Shown: positions 1 to 7,227 of the stretch, in pieces
Layout: every line of letters begins with the position of its first letter
Numbering within the stretch: position 1 is the stretch's first letter
Source: Rickettsiales bacterium
GTDB taxonomy: Bacteria; Pseudomonadota; Alphaproteobacteria; Rickettsiales; JABIRX01
DNA length: 62,850 bases
NCBI GenBank assembly: GCA_034111325.1
Contig: JAWUXM010000049.1
Location: 1 to 62,850 of the forward strand
Direction of reading: 5' to 3'
Notes under the pieces: generated by a model
Told to the model about the DNA's origin: nothing
What the model saw: only the letters and a program-made list of their open reading frames with translations
Databases searched by the model: none
Translations under genes and position numbers: made by a program

Positions 1-20
1 CCAACTAACATATTGCAAAC

Positions 21-50
21 TGATACAATTATTGCATGATACTTGTATCA
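21..50. promoter_or_regulatory. Candidate operator of TA pair 1 (inverted repeat TGATACAA-N14-TTGTATCA)
   Basis: Perfect 8-bp inverted repeat at 21-28 and 43-50, ending 25 nt upstream of the antitoxin ATG at 75. RHH antitoxins commonly autoregulate at such palindromes (inference). Confidence 0.35.
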
Positions 51-74
51 ATATAAACATAATCAGGGGTAAAT

Positions 75-329
75 ATGCATTTTGAACCATCAGGAGAATT
101 AAAAGAATTTATCAATAATTGTGTCAAATCAGGCAATTACGCTAGCCAAGCCGAAGTCATGCGTGCTGCATTACGTCGCCTAAAACGTGAATATGAAGAA
201 AGGAGAAATCATCGCAATGAACCTAATGCAGAAACTATAGCAGCATTTAAAGAAGCCGAAGAAGGTCGAGCAACAACCCTTAGCGTTGATAATTTTATGA
301 AAGAAATGGCAGCTCTAAAGAATGATTAA
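75..329 (+). CDS. Type II antitoxin, ribbon-helix-helix (ParD/CopG-like N-terminus, DinJ-like C-terminal tail)
   Basis: 84-aa ORF. GELKEFINNCVKSGNYASQAEVMRAALRRL fits the ParD/COG3609 RHH pattern. The C-terminal EPNAETIAAFKEAEEG resembles the DinJ toxin-binding tail. Overlaps the downstream YafQ-like toxin by 8 nt. Confidence 0.75.
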   Translation: MHFEPSGELKEFINNCVKSGNYASQAEVMRAALRRLKREYEERRNHRNEPNAETIAAFKEAEEGRATTLSVDNFMKEMAALKND

Positions 330-597
330 GCATGTCACTTTTACCAGTCACTATAAGCGTGATATCAAGAAAATAATTAAGCAGGGCAAAGATATAGCTG
401 AGCTGGAATACGTCATCAACAAATTAATCAACAGCAAACCGCTAGAAACAAAGTATAGGTCGCATATGCTTTCTAATAATTGGGCAGGTTTTCAAGAATG
501 TCATATTCGTCCTGACTGGCTACTAATCTACAAAACTAGCAATGATAGTATCACGCTATATCGTACCGGCTCACATGCTAGCCTGTTTAAAAAATAA
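322..597 (+). CDS. yafQ: YafQ-family (RelE superfamily) mRNA interferase toxin
   Basis: 91 aa. NWAGFQECHIRPDWLLIYK and the C-terminal LYRTGSHASLF match the YafQ signature recalled from family knowledge. Translationally coupled to the upstream antitoxin. Confidence 0.8.
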   Translation: MIKHVTFTSHYKRDIKKIIKQGKDIAELEYVINKLINSKPLETKYRSHMLSNNWAGFQECHIRPDWLLIYKTSNDSITLYRTGSHASLFKK

Positions 598-600
598 ACC

Positions 601-891
601 CTAAGTTAAACGAGTGAATTTTTTATAAATATCCTCTCTCTTGCCAATTATAACAATATGTAAATTGCGCTCATCATAATGATAAACTATACGATCATCA
701 CCTACTCTTAATCTCCTGTAAGAGTCATAGCCAACCAAAGCCTTGCTGCTAGTTATTTGAGGATTATTGCTTAATATAAGGATTTCTTTAGTGATTTGCT
801 TTGCAAGCCTAGCATTTATTTTCAACTGTTTGCTCAAAAACTTCTCTGCTTGCCTTTCAAATTTAATCTTCAGCATTGAGGATTTTATCAA
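601..891 (-). CDS. RelE/ParE-family toxin
   Basis: 96 aa, small and basic. YRRLRVGDDRIVYHYDERNLHIVIIGKREDIY is typical of RelE/StbE toxins. Overlaps the upstream Phd-like antitoxin. The start may instead be the Met at 876. Confidence 0.7.
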   Translation of the reverse strand: MIKSSMLKIKFERQAEKFLSKQLKINARLAKQITKEILILSNNPQITSSKALVGYDSYRRLRVGDDRIVYHYDERNLHIVIIGKREDIYKKFTRLT

Positions 892-1120
892 TTAAATTAG
901 CAGATTCTTCTTCAGATAAATAATCACCTTGCTGATGCGCCTTTTGGGCCATTTTACCTAATATTGCATCTTCTAAAGACTGCATCTCAGCAAATTTCTT
1001 TGCAGACATAATAACTGCGACATCCCTTTTATGCTTACGCACTACCACAGGGTGAAGAATCACTTCCTCCAATATTTCTGCAAATTTCCTCCTCATCTCG
1101 CCAGAGCTGACATATTCCAT
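863..1120 (-). CDS. Phd/YefM-family antitoxin
   Basis: 85 aa. The N-terminal SSGEMRRKFAEILEEVILHPVVVRKHKRDVAVIMSAKKF fits the Phd/YefM fold pattern. Sits immediately upstream of the RelE-like toxin and overlaps it. Confidence 0.75.
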   Translation of the reverse strand: MEYVSSGEMRRKFAEILEEVILHPVVVRKHKRDVAVIMSAKKFAEMQSLEDAILGKMAQKAHQQGDYLSEEESANLIDKILNAED

Positions 1121-1238
1121 AATAAACCTTATTTAATTAGTGTTTAGCATATTATATACAAAATATACATAATAGCAATATTTGATTTTTAACACACTAA
1201 GGATATCCAAGAGCCACAAACAACCATCTCACTCTTTA

Positions 1239-1281
1239 CTCCTAGACTCCCCTAGGATTCCTGCGGAATTCAGGGAGTGAC
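1239..1281 (+). repeat. Hairpin repeat family A, copy A1
   Basis: CTCCTAGAC-TCCCCT-AG-GATTCC-tgc-GGAATTC-AGGGAG-TGAC. Same architecture as the copies at 13253, 13321 and 15020. Confidence 0.7.
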
Positions 1282-1458
1282 TCGGCAAGCCGCCAAAAAA
1301 GCAATGGATTAAGCAAAAAACAACTCAAGAAACTTAGCCTAAAAGGTGGCTGGACACCTGATAAAGGAAATGACATTTTAAAGAAAATTAAGAAAATTCA
1401 AGGGCGCATTGCCGCTGCGAGATTACGCGCCCTTGACCGCTGGAAATCAGTAAAGAAA

Positions 1459-1497
1459 TAGAAGAACCTTGGTATTATACCAAGGCTCTTCTTGAAA
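1459..1497. repeat. Back-to-back MITE terminal repeats (..GAAGAACCTTGGTA-TTA-TACCAAGGCTCTTC..) forming a palindrome
   Basis: The right-end and left-end TIR sequences of the MITE family abut around TTA (1475-1477). The result is a roughly 16-bp-arm palindrome about 110 nt downstream of the ankyrin gene stop, so it could also act as a bidirectional terminator. Confidence 0.6.
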
Positions 1498-1606
1498 AAA
1501 CTTTTCTATTCTTAAAAAATTTAATAAAAAAGTTGAGTCAGGGGCAACACTCCCATATAAGATTGTTTGGCAATATAGAAGCAGTACAAAACTGACTCTA
1601 TAAACC

Positions 1607-2614
1607 CTATATAGTCATGCTTGTTGCCATTATTGGATCCGCTCCATCCCTGCTTCTTTCTTCTATACGGGTTACATGATACCTAGACTTATGCTTCTTG
1701 CTTTCAGGAGCTGGTTTTCCATCAACACATCGCTCTACTTCCTTCAATATTTCCCCAACTTTTTTACCAATACTTTCTTTGCTTTCTGGTATGGTCGGCC
1801 CGTAACGGACTTCTGAATTTACTTTTGGGATTGCCTCCCCTAATAAACTCTCTAATTTACGATTAGCATAATTCCTGTTGCCAGAGTCATCACGACTATC
1901 ATAATTTCCTTTCTGCGCTGCAACCTTCATTATAGTTCGTATATCAGGATGCATCCTAGCAATCACGTCCGAAACCGAAGAGTGCATATCCTGAGAAGCA
2001 TCAGTATTTTTTATACTATCTATGAACAAGCCCATGATCCCTTTTAATAAATCTCCTTCATGAGGCTTGCCACTACCATTAATAGCTTTGTTTAAACTCT
2101 TTTGCAGCGCCTCTTTTTTATTCCAGGGCTCACCACAACAAAGTATCTTGTCCAAGAATGAAGGATGAACATTTACGGCACTCCTCAAATTATTATTCGC
2201 TTTGATAACTTTATCAAACTGCTCGCAGCCTTTTTCGCCTTTATGCCTGTACAGATTTGTTGTATCTGCTCCCGCCGCTACCAATAGTGAAAACATATTA
2301 AGATTTTTCTTCAGGAATGCTCGTTGAAGAGGCGTCTTGCCGCTTTCGTTCATAATGTTAACAGCTGCCCCTGCTATTATGAGTTTTCTTACCGCATCTA
2401 CATTGCCTGCCTTTACCGCTCCATGAAGAGTTAATTCCTTAATGGGTTCCTTGTTCGACTGGCGCCGTATTAGAGGCTGGCTAGACTTTTTATCATCTGC
2501 ATTAAAACCTGACCCACACGATAGCGATACACTTAAACTCCTTTGATCCATTCGCTCTCTTTTAGCAATATTACTAGAACGCCTTCGATGGTTATTTATA
2601 CTATTTCTACTCAT
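1607..2614 (-). CDS. Ankyrin-repeat protein (candidate secreted effector)
   Basis: 335 aa. LHGAVKAGNVDAVRKLIIAGAAVNIMNESGKTPLQRAFLKKNLNMFSLLVAAGADTT gives two or three ANK repeats. The N-terminus is basic and Ser-rich, and I recognise no other domain. Confidence 0.75.
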   Translation of the reverse strand: MSRNSINNHRRRSSNIAKRERMDQRSLSVSLSCGSGFNADDKKSSQPLIRRQSNKEPIKELTLHGAVKAGNVDAVRKLIIAGAAVNIMNESGKTPLQRAFLKKNLNMFSLLVAAGADTTNLYRHKGEKGCEQFDKVIKANNNLRSAVNVHPSFLDKILCCGEPWNKKEALQKSLNKAINGSGKPHEGDLLKGIMGLFIDSIKNTDASQDMHSSVSDVIARMHPDIRTIMKVAAQKGNYDSRDDSGNRNYANRKLESLLGEAIPKVNSEVRYGPTIPESKESIGKKVGEILKEVERCVDGKPAPESKKHKSRYHVTRIEERSRDGADPIMATSMTI

Positions 2615-2778
2615 AATCCCCTCATCTATTAATTAATTTACCACACTATAGCATAATTTTAGATACAATGCAAAAGAGTGTTGCAAATTTGTTGCCGCCC
2701 TTACCCGCGTCTATCACCTCGACCGTGGTTATGAAGGGTTAGAAGAAAAATTATGCAAATGTAGATTAAGATAGTTAT

Positions 2779-3054
2779 ACCAAGTATCTTTAATAATAAT
2801 GCATTTGTTATAGGCATAAAAGCTAGGGATTTTTCTCAAAAAATATGCAGTTAATAGCCACGCTTATTGGCAAATATTTTTTGAGAAAAAGCACAGCTTT
2901 ACGGCCGATAACCCTAAGGGCAGTGGTAAAATTAGAGACATAGCATCGCACAATTATTCGGCAATAGCCTCGGCTATTACACTCTCAATTCTACGTGGCT
3001 ACTCTCATCTAATTTTATCTACTGCAAATGTATAATTATTAAAGATATTTGGTA
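2779..3054 (-). mobile_element. MITE copy 1 (276 bp, non-autonomous, Tourist-like)
   Basis: Termini TACCAAGTATCTTTAATAATAATGCATTT ... AAATGTATAATTATTAAAGATATTTGGTA are inverted repeats. Flanked by TTA (2776-2778) and TTA (3055-3057). The reverse complement aligns along its length with 42111-42385. No ORF. Confidence 0.8.
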
Positions 3055-3103
3055 TTAGCACTCGCTTAATAGCAAAAGTTCAGAATGATGACAGATAGAA
3101 GGT

Positions 3104-4510
3104 TTATGAAATAACCGCCATTTTGATTTGAACCATATCATGCATAGTGTGGCCTATACCGCCAATGCCATAGCCTGAATGTTTACGTCCTGCAAATGGC
3201 ATCCAATCGACACGAAATGCTGTGTGGTCATTAACCATTACGGCTGATGCGTCTAGATGTTTAATGCAATAGTTAGAAATCTCCAAATCATTAGTGTAAA
3301 TTGCAGCTTGGAAGGCTACATCTAGGCTATTAGCACGCTTTACAGCTTCTTTATAATTCTTATAAGAATATAGGCATATTACTGGACCAAATATTTCAGT
3401 AGTGGAAACTTTAGCATCTTCGGCAGGGTTGAGTAATATTGTTGGGGCGTAAATTGTATCGCTAAGTTTTTTACCGCCAGATATTAATTTTGCACCGCTG
3501 TTTATGGCTTCTTGCACCCATTCATCCACTCTATCAACCTCACGAGGAAGGATCAGGGGTCCAATTTGAGTATCAGCCTTGGTGGCATCACCAACTTTTA
3601 GCTTAGCAGCCCCATTGGCAAGCTTTTGCGCTACATCATCTATGATGGATTCGTCGATAAATACACGCTGCACAGAAACGCATACTTGACCAGCATGGTA
3701 AAAACCTCCCTTTAATAAAGAAGGGATGGTTTTATCTAAATTTGCAGTTTTATCAATAATAGCAGGGGCTACTCCACCATGCTCCAATGCACAGCGTACA
3801 CCTGGAGCAAGTTTGCTTTTCAGCCACCAGCCAACTTTTGAAGAACCAATAAATGTAAAAAAGTTAATTTTTTGGCTAGTAACTAGAATTTCAGCAACAT
3901 CATTATCACACACGCAAACTTGACACCAATCCTTATCTAAACCTGCTTGGTGAATTAACTTAACAAGTTTGATGCAATTTAACGGCGTGGTACATGCTGG
4001 CTTGACTATAACAGGGCAACCAACAGAAATTGCTGGGATAACTTGATGTATAATTAAATTGAGTGGATGGTTAAAAGCACTAACTGCAACTACTACCCCA
4101 ATTGGCTCTTTAGTAGTAAAAGCTTTTCTATTGATAGAGGCTGGATTGTGTCCCATAGGGATCTCTTCACCAGACATAGCATTAGGCAATTCTTTAATCG
4201 CTAAATAAATACCATCAATGGCACGCTCTACCTCGATTATGGCGTCCATTAGTGGTTTTCCACCCTCCTTTGCTATTAACATAGCAAAATTCTCCGCTTC
4301 CTTTTCTACCAATGAGGCAAGCTTTTTTAAAATTGCTGCTCTTTGATAATGCTCCAACCAACTATCACGATCTTTAAAAAGAGCCGCCGCTTTATCAAGC
4401 ATTTTATTGGCTTCATCAGCGCTGCTCATTTGAATGGTTTCAATCAGAGAGCCATCGAAAGGTGAGGTAACATCTAGTGAGAGGTTTTTTGGTTTTTTCA
4501 TAATATGCAT
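3104..4510 (-). CDS. NAD(P)-dependent aldehyde dehydrogenase family protein
   Basis: 468 aa. ALDH-type motifs are present: FTFIGSSKVG, a Glu-region ALEHGG, and a catalytic Cys region AGQVCVSVQR. Overlaps the upstream ThDP enzyme gene by 13 nt. Confidence 0.85.
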   Translation of the reverse strand: MHIMKKPKNLSLDVTSPFDGSLIETIQMSSADEANKMLDKAAALFKDRDSWLEHYQRAAILKKLASLVEKEAENFAMLIAKEGGKPLMDAIIEVERAIDGIYLAIKELPNAMSGEEIPMGHNPASINRKAFTTKEPIGVVVAVSAFNHPLNLIIHQVIPAISVGCPVIVKPACTTPLNCIKLVKLIHQAGLDKDWCQVCVCDNDVAEILVTSQKINFFTFIGSSKVGWWLKSKLAPGVRCALEHGGVAPAIIDKTANLDKTIPSLLKGGFYHAGQVCVSVQRVFIDESIIDDVAQKLANGAAKLKVGDATKADTQIGPLILPREVDRVDEWVQEAINSGAKLISGGKKLSDTIYAPTILLNPAEDAKVSTTEIFGPVICLYSYKNYKEAVKRANSLDVAFQAAIYTNDLEISNYCIKHLDASAVMVNDHTAFRVDWMPFAGRKHSGYGIGGIGHTMHDMVQIKMAVIS

Positions 4511-6144
4511 ATTTTTTCTTTTAGCTCATCAATTAATACTTTGGTATTTTCAGAATAATCGACTGGCAGATCAATTATATGTACGCCACCTTCTTCAAAA
4601 CATTGGTTAATTAATGGCACAAAACTTTCTGTGCTTTCCACCCTATGACCTTTGGCACCATAGCTATTGGCATACATTACAAAATCTGGATTGCCAAACT
4701 CCAAGCCATAATCTTCATAGCCCATACCATATTGTTTCCAGCGAATCATGCCGTAAGAATTATCGTCTAAAATTAACACAACTAGGTTTAGTTTTAAGCG
4801 AACTGCGGTTTCTATTTCTTGGCTGTTCATCATGAACCCGCCATCGCCACAAACTGCCATCACTTTACGATCTGGATAAAGCCTCGCTGCCTCCATTGCT
4901 GAAGGAAGACCGGCACCCATGCTCGCCAGTGCGTTATCAAGCAAAACAGTATTGGGCTGCGCCGCTAAATAATTGCGAGCAAACCATACTTTGTAAATGC
5001 CGTTATCTAAAGCAATAATACCATCTGCAGGCATTGCTTTGCGAACATCGGCCACAAAACGCTGTGGTTTCATTGGAAAGCTGTCATATTTTGCGCTTTC
5101 ATTAATACGGCTATATAGTTGATCTTTCACTCTAGCAAAATAAGAATAGTCTCTTTTTAGATCACCGAGCTCTTTAGCTAGTTTTCTAATAGAAGGTGCA
5201 ATATCGCCAACTACTTCTAATTGGGGGAAATAGACATTATCAACAATTGCTGAGCTGAAATTTATATGAATAACATTTTTGCCGCCATGTTCCATAAAGA
5301 ATGGGGGTTTTTCAACTACGTCATGACCAACATTGATAATTAAATCTGAACGCTCAATTGCGCAATGAATATAGTCATTGTCAGAAAGAGCCGCGGTGCC
5401 GATAAATTCTGGAAGGTTTTCATCAACACAACCTTTGCCCATTTGGGTGTTAAAAAAATAAATACCAGTTTCTTTCACAAAGCTACTTAAAGCGTTGCGA
5501 ACTTTTGTACGATTTGCTCCCGCTCCAACTAATAATAATGGATATTTGGCAAGTCTAATCATATCGGCGGCTTGCTTGATTGTTACATCATCAGCATGCG
5601 GCTTGCGCACTTGGCTTTTTTTAAATATGAAGGAGCTATCTTTATCGGCCAGCTCAACAGCAATATCTTCGGGAAGTTCTAAATGTACAGCTCCGGGTCT
5701 TTCCTCTTCAGCTTGGCGGAATGCCTCACGCACCATGCTTGCCACCATGCTAACATTAACAATTTGTTTAGCATATTTAGTTATAGGTCGCATCATGCTT
5801 ACAACATCAATAATTTGAAATTGCCCTTGCTTACTGTGTTTGATAGGCTTTTGCCCAGTAATCATCATTAATGGAAACCCGCCTAATTGCGCATAGGCTG
5901 CAGCTGTTACAAAATTGGTAGCTCCGGGCCCTAACGTTGCAAGACACACACCTGTTTTTCCAGTTAGCCTGCCATAAGTTGCTGCCATAAAAGCTGCGCC
6001 TTGCTCATGGCGAGTAAGTATTAATTTTATACTTGATTTGCGTAAAGCTTCGAGAAAATCAAGATTTTCTTCCCCTGGTACGCCGTAAATAATTTCCACA
6101 CCTTCATTTTCTAATGCTTTAACAAATATATCTGACGCATTCAT
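4498..6144 (-). CDS. Thiamine-diphosphate-dependent enzyme, acetolactate synthase-like
   Basis: 548 aa. The N-terminal VKALENEGVEIIYGVPGEENLDFLEAL..RHEQGAAFMAATYGRLTGK..ATLGPGATN and the C-terminal GDGGFMMNSQEIETAVR (ThDP-binding GDG motif) are characteristic of this family. Confidence 0.85.
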   Translation of the reverse strand: MNASDIFVKALENEGVEIIYGVPGEENLDFLEALRKSSIKLILTRHEQGAAFMAATYGRLTGKTGVCLATLGPGATNFVTAAAYAQLGGFPLMMITGQKPIKHSKQGQFQIIDVVSMMRPITKYAKQIVNVSMVASMVREAFRQAEEERPGAVHLELPEDIAVELADKDSSFIFKKSQVRKPHADDVTIKQAADMIRLAKYPLLLVGAGANRTKVRNALSSFVKETGIYFFNTQMGKGCVDENLPEFIGTAALSDNDYIHCAIERSDLIINVGHDVVEKPPFFMEHGGKNVIHINFSSAIVDNVYFPQLEVVGDIAPSIRKLAKELGDLKRDYSYFARVKDQLYSRINESAKYDSFPMKPQRFVADVRKAMPADGIIALDNGIYKVWFARNYLAAQPNTVLLDNALASMGAGLPSAMEAARLYPDRKVMAVCGDGGFMMNSQEIETAVRLKLNLVVLILDDNSYGMIRWKQYGMGYEDYGLEFGNPDFVMYANSYGAKGHRVESTESFVPLINQCFEEGGVHIIDLPVDYSENTKVLIDELKEKICIL

Positions 6145-6251
6145 AGTTTTTGTTTTTTTGAGTTTGGCAGGAATATTCCCTTACCTTACAGGGCATATTA
6201 GGTTGCCACTATTAAATCAATTTTTTTAATTAAAAACATCTCCACTAAATG

Positions 6252-6372
6252 AAAATCTGAGGGATTTTGTAATAATTTTTAGTGGATGTCTTTTGTGAGC
6301 GAGCGAGAGTGTAGTTTACCTACACGAGCAAAATGGAAAAGGTTATTCGCTAAAAAGCGCGCAAAATAACCC
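6252..6372 (+). repeat. Intergenic repeat family B, copy B1
   Basis: Aligns with 56702-56820 and with the reverse complement of 34116-34245. Has a central hairpin GTGTAG-tttac-CTACAC and the conserved block GCAAAATGGAAAAGGTTATT. Confidence 0.7.
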
Positions 6373-6378
6373 AAAAAA

Positions 6379-6984
6379 TTAGGAGTGGATTTCGAAAGTT
6401 ACGGGTAGTGTAAACGAAGTCTCTCCCTCATACTCCGCTGGTAATGGCGGGAAAGGGCTAGCTTTTGCTATGATTGATTGCGCTGCATTATCTAACACTT
6501 TATATCCAGAACCATTAACTAGCTGTTGTTTTTTCAACTTGCCGTTTTTATCGAGCACGAAAGTTACAACAACATTTCCCTGTATCCCTAAACGCTTAGC
6601 AGATTTTGGATATTTTTTATATTTCTCGATACGGCTTAATAGTCTGTATGAATAATCCTCCTGGCCAGCCCTGCTAGCTAGCAAGTTACTTGCTTTTTGT
6701 GATTCTGTGTTTTCTAGAGCAACTTTCTGCTTAACTGCAACATTGCCTTCTAGCGCTATATCGTTTGATTTTTCAATTTTTTCACTAGCTGCATTAGCAT
6801 TAAATTCAGCGAATGAAGCAATTTCTACTTCAATCCCTTGCTCAATTCCAGAATTAGCAATCTCTACATGTTTAGATGCAACAAGCGCCAAGGCCATTAT
6901 TGGCAAAGCATGGAAAAGCACCGATGCAAGCCAGCTATATGAAGCAACTCTGTCTAAAAAATTATGGTTATTTGTAGCAAACAT
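6379..6984 (-). CDS. tonB: Energy transducer TonB
   Basis: 201 aa with an N-terminal TM helix. C-terminal TonB domain YPKSAKRLGIQGNVVVTFVLDKNGKL...ASPFPPLP. A Fur-like box lies upstream. Confidence 0.8.
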   Translation of the reverse strand: MFATNNHNFLDRVASYSWLASVLFHALPIMALALVASKHVEIANSGIEQGIEVEIASFAEFNANAASEKIEKSNDIALEGNVAVKQKVALENTESQKASNLLASRAGQEDYSYRLLSRIEKYKKYPKSAKRLGIQGNVVVTFVLDKNGKLKKQQLVNGSGYKVLDNAAQSIIAKASPFPPLPAEYEGETSFTLPVTFEIHS

Positions 6985-7004
6985 TTTATCTCTCTATTGA
7001 TATT

Positions 7005-7023
7005 GAGAATAATTATCATTACT
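7005..7023. promoter_or_regulatory. Fur-box-like site upstream of tonB
   Basis: GAGAATAATTATCATTACT matches 14 of 19 positions of GATAATGATAATCATTATC. Lies 21-39 nt upstream of the tonB start. Confidence 0.5.
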
Positions 7024-7154
7024 AATAAGCTATTTGTCAAGCCCTATAGGAAGTGCTTCGAGTCAATCTTTAATAGCAACGCATATAGCACAGCAAAACC
7101 TGCTCACAAAAAAAATTAAATTTCTCCTTGCACATAAAAGCTATACACCTTATT

Positions 7155-7173
7155 GATAATGATTCGCAATAAC
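7155..7173. promoter_or_regulatory. Fur-box-like site upstream of the TonB-dependent receptor
   Basis: GATAATGATTCGCAATAAC matches 14 of 19 consensus positions. Preceded by TTGCAC (7128-7133). Shares the 14-mer TATTGATAATGATT with the site at 9480. Confidence 0.55.
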
Positions 7174-7227
7174 AAAATATTGCTTTAAATTAATCTTTTT
7201 TACAAAATTAAGAAAATAAATAGAGAT

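Noticed and set aside
1290-1456. Open frame ..NGLSKKQLKKLSLKGGWTPDKGNDILKKIKKIQGRIAAARLRALDRWKSVKK-stop on the + strand.
   Set aside because: There is no start codon or RBS and I recognise no family. It may be a gene fragment, but I cannot support a call.
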